From the NCBI RefSeq assembly GCF_006345805.1, contig NW_021832233.1:1-62198 (forward strand): a DNA stretch of 62,198 nt, given 5' to 3'. This stretch comes from Octopus sinensis. Lineage: Eukaryota. The position numbers and the translations under genes are program-made. This document shows positions 13,451 through 30,388 of this stretch, piece by piece. Under the pieces are notes generated by a model. That model searched no databases. It had not been told where the DNA came from and saw nothing but the letters and a program-made list of their open reading frames with translations. Numbering within the stretch: the stretch's first letter is position 1; every line of letters begins with the position of its first letter.

Positions 13451-13689
13451 GTTTCTGAGTGAAAAGTGGCAGAACCGATGGCGCATCGGCAGAAACGCTT
13501 TGTATACATATCTTCCGCCTCTCCATATTTTGAGTTCAAATTATACCTACGAAAGGCAACGGAATGAATAATCCAGTATCAAGTGATAATGAGGCACTCA
13601 AATATGTGCACATGGGAACTTATACACGAAACAGCTGTAAGGTAATGGAGATTATTACATAATTTCTTGATCACTTGTCATTTAAATAG

Positions 13690-16580
<2,891 letters not shown>

Positions 16581-16766
16581 AGTGAATAATAAGCAAAATA
16601 TGAACGCCAACAAAACACTCAAACAACGCGGTAATACCTACGAGAATAGCAACAACAATGAAAAATAGTTATCTTGGAAAGAATTTTGAGAAAAAGTAAC
16701 ACAAATTTAAGTGTGTGTATTTTTAATGTATTTTTATCATGTTCCTTTACAAGACACACACACACC

Positions 16767-16809
<43 letters not shown>

Positions 16810-17309
16810 GTACAGATACATATTTTAAATATAGAAATACGCACGCAACACGCCACGCACATTTCTTGTGTATATTTTTCTATATTTTCATTTTGCGTAG
16901 GAAAATATAAATGTTTTTTCCTTTGTTCGTTTTTCTTCAGTAAATTATCGTTTTATATTTTGCATTCACACCTTTATTTCTTGCCGTATTTTATTCGCAT
17001 ACTTAAGTCCGTTTTCATTGTCTTTCACAGTTTGAATCCTTCCTTGTGTCGTCTTTTACCGATATTTTTTACTTCACTTAAGTTTTTTTTTTTTGTTCCT
17101 TCAGATTTTTGTGTCCCCACAACATTCAGAAAGAACTTCATTGATATTCGAAATATCTTAACGGGCAATATATTCAGAAATGCAGAAATACGTAGCAGGA
17201 TCATATATGCGCACGCAGACAGACCCACAGATATTCAAAGAGAGAGAGAGAGAAAGACAGGGAGATGGAGGGAAACATGGAGACAGTTTGTATACACTTA
17301 TATAAGTGT

Positions 17310-17349
<40 letters not shown>

Positions 17350-17372
17350 ATAAACATTTTTGCTTATATATA

Positions 17373-17408
<36 letters not shown>

Positions 17409-17420
17409 GATAGATACATT

Positions 17421-17452
<32 letters not shown>

Positions 17453-17562
17453 CATAGATAGATAGGTAGCTATACATATATATATATTTTCATAGTTATA
17501 TGTATGTAGATATATACAGATATATACATACGTATACGTACATACATACACACACACACACA

Positions 17563-17623
<61 letters not shown>

Positions 17624-17765
17624 ATGTATACGTACACATATATAGGTGCGTGTAGTTTTAGAATGGATGTATATTATTTAAAATGGTGATTTGTGACCCT
17701 TTCCTAAATATAAATGTTTAACAAAAGATAATGTGTATATGCCAAATAGACATTATATAATACTA

Positions 17766-17849
<84 letters not shown>

Positions 17850-18042
17850 TAGAAGGATTGCTAGATAACTTGATATATAGATAGATAGATCGATAGATAG
17901 ATAGATAGATAAAGAGAGAAATAGTGATATAGATACGTATATATTCACATACGTACGTATATATATGTATACATATATACATGATAGCAACATTTATGTA
18001 TGTATTTCATAAATTACATATGGTGTGTTATAACATCACACA

Positions 18043-18102
<60 letters not shown>

Positions 18103-18200
18103 CATACATATATGTGTATATATATTAATATATATATACATTAATATATATATATATATACATATATACACATATATATACATATATATATATATATATA

Positions 18201-18238
<38 letters not shown>

Positions 18239-18431
18239 TGATAGACATATATGCACCTGTGTTTGTGTGGGGTGTCAATTCAACTTATATTCTTTACAAT
18301 TGTTTTTTTTTCATTAAATTTTGACAATTTACCGCTAACGAAATATTTTAAAAATGATTTATTTTCTTGCTTCACTTTTTATTAACCAAGATTTTATTAT
18401 TGGCATTTCATAAATTTATAACCTATCACAG

Positions 18432-18496
18432 AAAAATCTGACAATGGTGTTATACTTCTTCCTCAACAAAAGCGAAAGAAAGAATCCCTGCAAATC
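18432..18496 (+). CDS. Candidate internal exon B (KNLTMVLYFFLNKSERKNPCK)
   Basis: Acceptor acctatcacag|AA; perfect donor ATC|gtaagt; 65 nt, open in two frames. Confidence 0.35.
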
Positions 18497-19030
18497 GTAA
18501 GTAGCATTTGTAAGCGTGTTCTAATACTTATATATTCATTCCGATATAATCATCCGCTTTCTGTCGTCGCCATTTTCAAAACGCTTCTCCACCAACTGAC
18601 GTCATTGTCATTATCTCTCCTTTTTCGCTTATTCCAATCTTGACACCATCTTTCCTACTCATTCCTGAATCGGAAACAGGGAAATCTTTAATTCCGAAAC
18701 ACTTGTGTACGTTTTTGTCTGTTCCTCTTTTTGTTGGTGTTGACATATAAATTAAGCTGTATGCCATTTAAAAATCTATGATAACAATATCGCTTCTGCT
18801 TTCTTTTTTTTTCCGGGTTTCATCTTAGAGCGATATCTATAACCTGATCATAAATTACTCATTATTAAAATTTTATGAGTGGATCTCTACAAGCTTATTC
18901 TTACATCTCCTTTTGTAGAGGAAGACATGGATTTAGTGCAGTTTTCTAGTGTGCCTCCGGTCTCTATTCTCTGTCTGTCTCTTTCTCTGTATCTCACTTT
19001 ATATATATATATATATATATTATATATATG

Positions 19031-19129
<99 letters not shown>

Positions 19130-19269
19130 TATACACACACACACATATGTGCTCTATTATTAAAGCTGCAAAAACACAAAAATACGGCAAAAACTGCTAT
19201 TCAGAGAATCACATTCCTGTTCGTCAGATAGTTTTGATTGTGTGTGTGCGAGTGTATGCATATGTGTGT

Positions 19270-19480
19270 ATGTCTGTGTGTCTGTGTTTGTCCGCCCACC
19301 ATCGTTTGACAACTAATGTTGGTGTGTTTACGCCTCCAAATTTAGAGGTTCGGTAAAAGACACCGCTAGAACAAGTACTAGATTTACAAAGAATAAGCCC
19401 TGTGGTCGATTTGTTCGAGTAAAGGCGGTGCTGCAGCATCGCCACTGTCAAATGACTGAAACAAATAAAAGAATAAAAGC
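19270..19480 (+). mobile_element. SINE family 2, 3' half
   Basis: gtgtctgtgtttgtcc..catcgtttgacaac..aagaataagccctgtggtcgatttg..taaaggcggtgctgcagcat..aaatgactgaaac. Confidence 0.8.
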
Positions 19481-19557
19481 ATATATATATATATTGTTCT
19501 TGTTACCACTTTCGTTCTCTGTAAAAAATCCCAAACTTTATTTAATTTGCGTTGCAG

Positions 19558-19612
19558 GAAGGACGGTTTCAACGAAGTAGCGTATTGTACTTGCCGTCGT
19601 AACGCGGAGTAG
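19558..19612 (+). CDS. Candidate terminal coding exon C ([S]KDGFNEVAYCTCRRNAE*)
   Basis: Acceptor tttaatttgcgttgcag|G; phase 2 matches exon B; stop TAG at 19610-19612; AATAAA at 19941. Confidence 0.3.
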
Positions 19613-20650
19613 ATGAAACAGGGCAACTGAAGAAGAGGAATATTCTTTATACTGCATGACTCGTTTTTGTTTTTTTCGTTGTTCGAAACAAAAGGTTCGT
19701 TTTAGATGTTTTTGTTTTCATGTTTCCGTTTCTCATTGTATTCAACGTTTTTTAGATGTCCTGTACCCATATATGCATGTATATATACATATACATGTAG
19801 GTATGTACATATATGTATATATGCATATACTCATATATTATGTATATTATTACACATATATATACACGTATATTCATACATATACATAAATACATATATG
19901 GATAGTAATTAATACAAATTATGTTTTATGTATTTGTATAAATAAAGCAGAATTTAGAAAACATATTTCGCAAAAATTAATAGATTTGCACAATCGTTTC
20001 AGTGCTATAGAGTATCATTATTTATATAATTAGTTAATTAACATGCATTATTAATTATTCAGCTCAATTTGAAAAAAAGGATGTGTCTACCATATCTTCA
20101 GGAGTAGAAGAATAGTTAATCACGAAACCATAATTTGGAAGCAGTGATTACCGTTTCACCACCGCAAAATATAAGGAACACAGTCTTCTTAAATTAATTT
20201 ATTACTTCCTTAATTTATTAATTCCTTAATGATGTAGATAATGATGCCTTATGCCCTTCAAAGAAGTGTGGAGGATAATTAAATTATGAAGTATATATTT
20301 GAAAGTAATGCTTTTCTGCTTTTCAAACGATTGTTTGAGCTAATCTTAATTATTTCATTGAAATGACGAATCGGCGGTTAACACGTTGTTAGCAATAAAT
20401 TTCGAAATAAAAGTAAATTTACTTTTTGACGCCTATACATATAATTATATAGGTGTGACCGCGTGTGTATCGTTGGCGGTTTTCTTTCTCCGTCTTTCCT
20501 TCCTTGGATCTTTCCTTTTTCTATGTTTCTGACGAAGAGCACTTTCCTTTCCTGAGCGTCCAATATCACTATACTTGTTCCCTGTCCTCGCGTTGCTGTG
20601 TCTTCTCTTTGTTCATGTTTGGATTAACTATATATATATATATATATATA

Positions 20651-21280
20651 ATAAATATTAGGGAATAAATCCAAATTTACAGGGAAAATCAGATTTAGGA
20701 TTGAATCTAATTTTATAGTAAAATATTATATAATATTAATTAGAGACAAAACCACTATTTTGCAAATCAAACAAAGAAAGACTTAATCCAATACATAAAA
20801 AAATTTTAATATAAATTAAATAAAATTATATTCGCCACTACAATTGTAGTGGCGAATATAATTTTATTTAATTATATTAAAATTTTTTTATGTATTGGAT
20901 TAAGTCTTTCTTTGTTTGATTTGCAAAATAGTGGTTTTGTCTCTAATTAATATTATATATATATAATATATATATATATATATAATAAATATTAGGGAAT
21001 AAATCCAAATTTACAGGGAAAATCAGATTTAGGATTGAATCTAATTTTATAGTAAAATATTATATAATATTAATTAGAGACAAAACCACTATTTTGCAAA
21101 TCAAACAAAGAAAGACTTAATCCAATACATAAAAAAATTTTAATATAATTAAATAAAATTATATTCGCCACTACAATTGTAGTGGCGAATATAATTTTAT
21201 TTAATTTATATTAAAATTTTTTTATGTATTGGATTAAGTCTTTCTTTGTTTGATTTGCAAAATAGTGGTTTTGTCTCTAA

Positions 21281-21293
<13 letters not shown>
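20651..21293. repeat. Tandem duplication (period 334) of a 76-bp head plus a 233-bp zero-spacer palindrome, flanked by (TA)n
   Basis: Arms 20727-20843/20844-20959 and 21061-21176/21177-21293; both centres read gccactacaa|ttgtagtggc. Confidence 0.95.
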
Positions 21294-21313
<20 letters not shown>

Positions 21314-21583
21314 CTTACGTGATGTTCAGTTATTAAAGCGGTCCACATTAGGTTTCATATTTTCATTTGTGATAATGATACTCAGATGAATCTATTAAAC
21401 ATGGTGGCCAGGTGAATTAGATTTCTGTTAGGGAAGACACTTGCGAATTTTTCAGTGTTGATAATATAAGTTACATTCATTGGAATACCTTAAGCATAAA
21501 CCCGAGGTAATATTTTAAGAAGCCTAAATAATATATAAAAAAAAATCTCAACGTCATACGAGGTTGAATTTGTGAGTTTTCAA

Positions 21584-21785
21584 ATACAGTGATCCTATCG
21601 CGGATTATTATTTAAGCTTACGCTAATTCCTCCGTGGTGTTATGTTCAATTTGTAATAAAATAAATATATACAAATTATAAAAATGATAAAACATATATA
21701 CAGTACAGTACTGTTTCTACTTCACGGATTTTCACCAATCGCGGAGGGTTTTGGAACGTAACATCCACGGTATTCGAGGGAGTAT
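21584..21785. mobile_element. Degraded Tigger/pogo-like MITE
   Basis: tacagtgatcctatcgcgg at the left; right end ctacttcacggattttcaccaatcgcggaggg..gaacgtaacatccacggtattcgagggagta resembles pogo/Tigger subterminal sequence. Confidence 0.45.
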
Positions 21786-22426
21786 TTCATCTGAAGTATA
21801 TCATTATCAAACATGTCCAATTTTCGCAGCTGATTCGGGATTTAGAATAACTGTTTCATGAAGATCATGAAAATTTAGCCTGAATTCCAACAATATAGAC
21901 AAACATTCAAAGATATTCACTGTGTATGAGTGTAACGATGGGGCCTCGATTTTTACTATATGATTCTACTCCGAGAGTTATTTGAGAGCCAGGAAAAAGA
22001 GCTTTTTTTTTTCTTTTAAAAATTTGACACCAAAATAAGAATCATTTCCCAAATTATCGTGATCAACTATATTTGCAATCCAAATATTGAAAAAAAAAAG
22101 TCTGTGAATGATGTATATTGTAGTTATTTTAGTTATCTAACGTAACATGACAATATGTTTTTATGAATACATTTAGTCCAACTTCTATCTTCTTCCTTTT
22201 ATTTCTTCCATTTAAGGCACGTGACAATGTTCTTTCAAACATACTATGAACTCCAAATATACATACTTACATACCTACATACCTACGCACATACATACAT
22301 ACGTACATACACATTTGCATATCTATCTATCTATAATATATATATACATATACATATATATATATAAAGAGAGAGAGACACATCCATACATATGTATACA
22401 TATATATTCATATTTATATATACATA

Positions 22427-22465
<39 letters not shown>

Positions 22466-24007
22466 CATTTATATATAGAGAGAGAGGAGGAGAGAGAGTG
22501 TTTGTGGGGAGAGAGAGTGAGAAAGAGAGAGAGAGAGAGCGATAAAAGAATTGTTGAGTTCAAGTGATGATTATCTGAAAAAAAAAACATAAAACATGCG
22601 CGTACGCACACTTCCGCATGTGTGCATGTTCACAGTTGTTAGTTTATCTGTGTTTACGAGGAATACAAACATGTGTCTGTGTGTCTTTATGTGTGTGGAA
22701 GAAATTTGAGTTTTGTGACAGGAGTTTCTTTTGTATTTTCTTTGTACATCTTTTTCTTATTCTATAGTTAAAAACTTTAGTTTTTGATTCAAACATCTTT
22801 TTCATTTCCTTCTATCTTTTTTCTTTTCTCTTTTTTTTCCTTTCTATTCTTGTTTACTTTTTTTTTTTTTTTGAATAGATCATCAAAGCAGCGACGAAAG
22901 AAACCAAATCAGGCATTTCCACTTTTTTGATCAATCAGGCGTCGACAATTATTGCCAAGACACTGCTAGATTATGTGTTTTTAGATTATATATGAGTGCG
23001 TTCTTGGGGAAGAGTCTCTCTGTGTGCCTGATTATTTGTTTGTGAAGTGAGGCAAAGAGATCTGTGTAACAGGGAACATTACAACCGTAACTAATAGATA
23101 CTTCAATGTCCACATCACACCAACATCTATTACTTTTGGTTGTCATTCCCTCTGAGTTGAGGACGAATTTACCCAGTGAAGCGGACCATTAAATTTAGTC
23201 TGCACAAAAGGAAGAATGCAGCTACTTTTACAATCTGGATGATGTCCAGGGGCTCAAAATAGCCCCGCATTGACAGTGATGTTCTTAAGTTCGCTGTCAT
23301 GAATAAGAGAAAGTATGAAAATATTTTACGCTTTTCTCTTTTTCACTATTTTTGGTTCATTCTCTCTTATGTATTTCTATTAAGTTGCATTGATGCTTTA
23401 ATCATGCACTAAATATATCACTGATGTTATTCGAACTTAAAGTTCATTGGGTCGAAAGAACAAGAGGGTATTGTATTATTTCCGATGAGAGCATTTCTCA
23501 CTACCCATTGTTTACATTGTTATTTCACTCAGCGTGAGGCTTTATTAATATTTCAATTCATATCTATTCTTATGGTCTATGCTGTTTTGTGTATAAAACC
23601 GATATTGTTTAGGGTACAAATTGGTAGAATCGTAAGAGTTTCATCTAGAATGTTTCTCTGTATTTGTCCCGATTTCTTATACTTGCTCGGAAATCGGATC
23701 ACTCCGATGTCAACTTTGCTTTCAATGCGTAGGGGTTCGATGAAAAGTTATGACTGAAGGGAATCGGCTTGTAGTAATTTGAACCACGGACTGGGTGCAT
23801 TGTCGTGTTTGTTTCGGCTCTTTACGTTCTTAAAATCAAATCCTACGATAGCCTATTTGACTTCAGTAGATTTCAGTTCTCACCAGGTTTTACAACCTGT
23901 ATTTAGAGGAGTTCATTCTGTTGAAATAATTTAAGTAAGACTTCTAGTTTGAGGATCGAAGTTTGTATTATCATAAATGGAAAGATCATCCCCTTCTCTT
24001 GTTTATA

Positions 24008-24563
24008 TTCTTTATCTTTTTCTACTCTAGGTACAAGGCCCTAACTATTGGGGGAGGGGGCTAGTCGATTAGATCGACTCCAGTACGCAACTGGTACTTA
24101 ATTTATCGACTCCGAAAGGGTGAAAGGCAAAGTCGACCTCGGTGGAATTTGAATTCAGAATGTAGCGACGGGCGAATACCGCTCAGTATTTCGTCCAGCG
24201 TGTTAAAGATTCTTAATTCTATTATATGTACAAGTTTTGGTTAAGGGGCAAGTAAATTAGATCGAGCCCAGTACGCAAAGACAGACGAAATACTGCTAAA
24301 CATTTCGCCCAGCATGTTAAGGTTTCTGCCAGCTCGCCGCCTTTAGATATATTCTTTTCTACTCTAGGTAAAATTCCAAAAATTTTTGGGAGGGAGCCAG
24401 TCGATTAGATCGACGCCAATATGCAACTGGTACTTAATTCACCGACCCCAAAATGACGGAAGGCAAAGTCGACCTTCGTGGAATTTGACCTCCGAACGTA
24501 ACGACAGACGATATACTAAGCATTTCGCCCGGCGTGCTAACGTTTCTGCCAGCTCACCGCCTT
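24008..24563 (-). mobile_element. Cluster of three family-1 SINE copies (two near complete, one internally deleted)
   Basis: Repeated ttttctactctagg tail and gtcgacc..ggaatttga core. Confidence 0.88.
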
Positions 24564-25959
24564 TTTGTATTCTCTATTCATTTCTACCTTTTTGACATTT
24601 ACGGTTATTTAGACCATTCATTTTCACATTCCATAAGCCATTTATTCTATCAATCTTCAATTCATACACCCAGTTCCCTTGCATATTTTTTCTGGGCTTT
24701 CATCAAACTTTTTCTTAAGTCCATTTGATTACATCTTACGATTTGTATACTTCAACTTCACTTCAATAAAATCTGATTCCTACTTCCAGACAATTCTTCT
24801 CCCCCCATATACCTATTTCCATGTCCCACCCCCAACACTTAAATTTTTATTCTTCAACTTTTTCTCTCATCCTCTTCCCCCATAACCATCAATATTCCTC
24901 ATTTCTGTCTCCTTATATTTCTCCCTCTCTCTTTCTCATTTTTCTCTCTCTTCTCTCTCCTCTCCCTCCCTCTCTCTCCCTCTCTCTCTCTCTCTCTTTA
25001 TCATTTCCTGTTTTCTCGCTGGTATCTTCTTGTCCCCTACTTCTTCTATGTTACTATGTCTCTCACTCTCTCTCTCTCTCTCTGATTCTCTCCTTGCCTC
25101 TTCCCCCTCTGTCCCTGTGTCACTGTCTCTCTCCCTTTCTCTCTCTCTCCCTCTCTGTATGTATATGTTTGTTAGTCTGGCAGCCTATTTTTCTCTCCCT
25201 CCCTCGCTCTCTCTCTCTTTTACTCTCTCAATATATATATGTCTGTGTATGTATGTATGTTTATGTGTGTGAACGTGTCTGTCTATTTACCTGTCTACCT
25301 CTCTATTCACCTATCAATCCATCTCTCTCTATCACACAGTGACGTAATTACGTTTCCATAATGTTGCAAAAACCCCCATCATTTAACGTGTACATTTCAT
25401 ACCGGATTACAACCGAAATGAGAAATCAACAGAACAACCATTCAAAACGCATTTATTCCATCCACATTCTTTCTGTTTCTACTCACCATGACTTATAATT
25501 GTTATTGTAAATGTTGTTGTAGAACTCTAGAGTGTAACTTGAGGTTTGTGAAATGTTTTTCTTGCGCAATGCTGTTTATGCAACGGTCTTTTTTTTTTTT
25601 TCCTTATATGGCAACGCACTTTTTCCCTTTTTATTTTTCAAGATCTTCTTACTTCGTTTCTTGATGTTCGCTTCGTTTGTATTTTCCATGTATTTAATGT
25701 TTTTTTAGAAGTTGTTGTTGTTGTTGTTGTTGTTGTTTATATATTTTCAAAACAAATATTGTTTCGTTTCTTCAGAATTCTCTTGCTGATAATACTGCTG
25801 TTGTTGTTGTTATTGTTATTCTTTTGTTTTTTTTATTGTTACTCCCAGAAATATATCTTCTAAAGTTGTTTATGATTGACATCTTACAACAACAACGACA
25901 GCTACTGCTGTTGCCGCTGTCACCATCATCACCACCACCATCACTATTACTACTGCTGC

Positions 25960-26066
25960 TGCTGCTGCTGCTACTACTACTACTACTACTACTAATAATA
26001 ATAATAATAATAATAATATTAATAATAATATTAATAATAATAATAATGATAATGACGATGATGATG

Positions 26067-26111
<45 letters not shown>

Positions 26112-26235
26112 TAATAATAATAATGATGATAATGTTGCTGCTGCGAGTGCTACTTTTTCATTTGCCACAGATGCTGCAATTCATGATGATGATGATTTTG
26201 ATGATGATGATGATTATAATGACGACGACGATGAT
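25960..26235. repeat. (CTG)(CTA)(ATA)(GAT) compound trinucleotide block
   Basis: Seen directly. Confidence 0.9.
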
Positions 26236-26269
26236 ATGCGAAGCAACTCAAAAAGACTGACTTCAGCTG

Positions 26270-27060
26270 CCAAGGAAGAGGAGAAAGAAATTGTGGAGAC
26301 GGCAATGCAATACAAGAAAATCAAGAAAACAGGAGCGAGAAAGATACATATGTGGAAAAGAATTACACGTTCAGCATCTCAGAACAACGAAGGACATTGC
26401 AACAGAAGAGTTTTGGTTACGGCTGAAGGATGGAGACCTTAATAAAGAAACAGCAATGCCCATAATCGCTGCTGAAAACCAGTCATTACTCACGAATATC
26501 ATTAAAGGTAAAATAGACAAATCCACAAAAAGTGCAAAATAATGAGAAAGAAGAATCCGTTTTGCACTAAAGTTCTTGAAGATTTTAGGCACAGAAAGAA
26601 TAAAGACACGGATAGGTGGATTTAAAATAGGAACCTGTATGTGCAATAGGGAAAAATCAAGATTAGATTTTATGGAAAATAAATTATAGGGACCGATGGT
26701 GAACTTTATGCATGGTGACCAGATATTATGGTTCTGGACAAGGGGAAAAAGTACATCATCATAGATGTGGTTACTTCTGCGGACATGAGTGTAGTGATGA
26801 AAGAATGTGAGAAAATAGGAAGATACCAGGATTTGGCTCAGGGAATATGAAGATTGTGTAGGGTTCTGGACAAGGGGAAAAAAGTACATCATCATAGATG
26901 TGGTTACTTCTGCGGACATGAGTGTAGTGATGAAAGAATGTGAGAAAATAGGAAGATAGCAGGATTTGGCTCAGGGAATATGAAGATTGTGGAGGGTCCC
27001 TTCTAAAGTAGACTCAGTTGTTATAAGTAACCTAGGTACCGTCAACGACAAACTTATCAG
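26270..27060 (+). mobile_element. Degraded R4/Dong-like non-LTR fragment with an internal 132-bp tandem duplication
   Basis: KELHVQHLRTTKDIATEEFWLRLKDGDLNKETAMPIIAAENQSLLTNIIKGKIDK and PDIMVLDKGKKYIIIDVVTSAD..EKIGRYQDLAQ; duplicate units 26731-26862 and 26863-26995. Confidence 0.8.
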
Positions 27061-27417
27061 TTCCTTTATTGAGACTGGTATAACTACGAGAGTTGCATTA
27101 ATTCAAAATCAGTCGAATCTACTCTACATATTGCATTTGGTATCCATAAATCTAACCAGCTATGTATCTGCCTGTCTGTCTGCCTTATAATTTTACACAC
27201 TCACCGGTAAAATTTTCACTTCTTTTTTAGTTTTTCCAAACTTTTCGTTGCGTGTTGCAACCTTTTTAATAGTCATAACTATTAGAGTCAAAACTACTGA
27301 GAAGGTTGCAAGACAAAAAAATTTTAGAAAAATAAAACAGAAATAAGTGGAAATTTTACTGGTGAGTGTGTTCAACTATATGGTACTAAAAGAGAATGAC
27401 TTTCCCCAGACACAGCA

Positions 27418-27457
<40 letters not shown>

Positions 27458-27653
27458 GTATATATATATATATATACATACAGAACACAAACAATAACTT
27501 TGACATTCATTCAATGTTTTATATATATATATATGCATGTATGTATATGTATATGTATGCGTGTATGTATGTATATATATATATATATATGTATATGTAT
27601 GCATGTATGTATATATATATATATATATGTGTGTGTATGTATATGTATATGTA

Positions 27654-27686
<33 letters not shown>

Positions 27687-27692
27687 ATGTAT

Positions 27693-27724
<32 letters not shown>

Positions 27725-28275
27725 CAAGCGCGGTTCGCGTGTGTACAGAGAGGGCAATATCAGAACACAACTTACACAAAAAGTTGAGCAAATTAATGAG
27801 AAATATTTGTAAGGATATATACGAAGTCAGCATAGTACCTTACGTTAATTCCCATATAGAAATAATAAATAGCCACTAACCGCAAAGAAATGATGAGTCT
27901 AGTAGATAAACAATAATAACAAAAACTCCAAAATTTCCTTCTCCAGAGATCTATAAAATATATTGATTTCTATGTCGGCACCGCGGCTTCTAGTTTTGAA
28001 AGATCAGGATTGCAGAAGTTTCATATAAAGTCGAATCACATTGAAGAGTAAAATATAATAGCGAAATTATCTGGCGAAATCAGAGACGGTTAAATAAAGG
28101 AGGATCTTATATTGCGCTCAGTGTCAATGAGTCTCTCGCCAATAAATTAATTAGAAACACGGACAGCTGTCGTGGCGGGGGGAAAAAACACAACAGAAAA
28201 AGACACACAAACAAAAACTAGGGAATTAATGAACTTGCAGTCAGCCAAATTAGATTAAAGAACAAAAACACCTAC

Positions 28276-28340
<65 letters not shown>

Positions 28341-28490
28341 TATTTGTGTATATATACATATATATATATATGTATACATGTATGTATAAATATATAGACA
28401 TAATATATATATATATAAGTATACGTATATATATGTATATATGTATGTATATATTTATATATGTATATATTTATATTTGCATACATATAT

Positions 28491-28540
<50 letters not shown>

Positions 28541-28603
28541 ATACACACACAGTAAACCAGGCACACATTCACATACGCGCTGCCAAAAACATTTCGTACT
28601 TCA

Positions 28604-28637
<34 letters not shown>

Positions 28638-29246
28638 GTGTGTATGCGTACACACACACTCACACACAATCATGCATATGCATACCTATACACCTAAACG
28701 CTATTCATTTAATGGTTTTAGCCGTAATTATTCGGCCTGGAAGCAACTTCGCGATAAAACAACCGTGTTCTATAATAGTACAGCTATCTTGATGCTGTTG
28801 CATCGTTACATATATCTAAATGAAATAGTCTCCGTCACTCTCGACGATGAGCATTGAGGTGTCTGACAAAATATTTAATTCTAGTGAGATGTGTAAGGTG
28901 TGTCTCTTTGAATTTCTTGATAACCCAGAGTGAAAGGAACATGAAGTGGACAGAGGAAAAAGCAGGAAGAGATTGAGTGAGAGGGGTGGGGTGGGGGAAG
29001 GAGTGTGAGAGAGAAATATGAAGAAATAAATCGAAGGATCGAGTCAGTACCACATATAATATTTAGGCATGGAGCAATGGAAGTAATGTTCAGGCCTAGA
29101 TTACGGATCTTAGCACTCTGTTCGTCGTGCTGACGATTCCCTGTCACTCACTCACATGCTCCCTTTTTCTATCGTGTCTCCTGACGAACTGCTAGGTTGC
29201 GGGTACACGCACCAGCATCATTTGGCAAGCGATTGTGGGTGGACAG

Positions 29247-29429
29247 AGTAACGAAGCTAAAGTATGGGGAGTGAAACCACTTGTCACATATTGAACTTGA
29301 ACTCTGCTATGTATGCACACGAAGAACTTGGAAGAAAGGTGCATAGCGTGAGATCGTCGCATTGATCCTGACAGAAAAAGTTGAGCAGAGAATCTGCATC
29401 AAATTTTTCCAAAAGCTCAGAGACCAACC
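29247..29429 (+). mobile_element. Mariner 5' fragment (plus strand)
   Basis: agtaacgaagctaaag leader, then TEKVEQRICIKFFQKL; inverted homologue of 29800-29970. Confidence 0.75.
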
Positions 29430-30006
29430 TCGACACAATCAAGGAGTTCTTGTGCAATTGAAACCTATGATTTTTTTGGTCAGCTGAAAGCAGTTTTGGC
29501 ACAAACTTGGCAGACATGCGTGTCATACCCAAATCTTCAATGATAATGGACTGAACTGAACCGCAACTTATCTGCACATCCTCTGATAACTCACGGATGG
29601 TGATTCGGCGATTTCTCCTCACAGCTGCACGTACACCTGCGACGAGTTTCTTAATTCTGCTGGTTGCGGGTCTCCCAAACCATTAATTTATATCGACACA
29701 TTTTGGCCATCTTGGAAACGTCTGAACCCCTTGTGTGCGGTTCATATACTCCTCTCCATACACTTTCCGCAACATTGCAGAGGCCTCTACGCGGTATCGC
29801 CATGACAGCTTTCTCTATCATAGTCAATGCGATAATCACACGCTACACACGTTCCTTCCCGTAAGCAGCAGAAGTGAGCTAGAGCGTTAAAACTTAGTGC
29901 GCCTGCACAACTGGGTCTAAGGCCAATCTGTGCTAAGCAGCATCGCTCTGCGTTCTTTAGCTTCGTTACTATGGCAATAGTCCGGTTACTTATTGATCAG
30001 ACCTAG
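29430..30006 (-). mobile_element. Mariner 5' half with TIR (dead; N-terminal HTH region)
   Basis: TA + TIR ctaggtctgatcaataagtaaccggac; GDTA*EASAMLRKVYGEE..RRNRRITIRELSEDVQISCGSVQSIIIEDLGMTRMSAKFVPKLL. Confidence 0.88.
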
Positions 30007-30299
30007 TATAAACGTTAACTTTTAAATCACTCATTATTTACTGTTTGTTAGAGTCCAATATTGATTCTTTAAAATTGGGAGGCAAGATTTCAAATCCGAA
30101 TTCAGTTCAAGCTTTGAACTGATTGTCTCATTTAAAAATAATAATTACTATCATTATAATTAACACACACCCTCGGCAATGCAGTGAAACAATAATTAAT
30201 TTGTTGGAGACCCGCAATAACCAACCGACGCTATTGTTTCCCAATTGCAACAATAAAATCAATACACACACACACATACACACAAACACACACACACAC

Positions 30300-30388
<89 letters not shown>

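Noticed and set aside
17105-17190. Strong acceptor followed by DFCVPTTFRKNFIDIRNIL
   Set aside because: No credible donor downstream (gtagca only), and it does not fit the phase-0 end of exon A.
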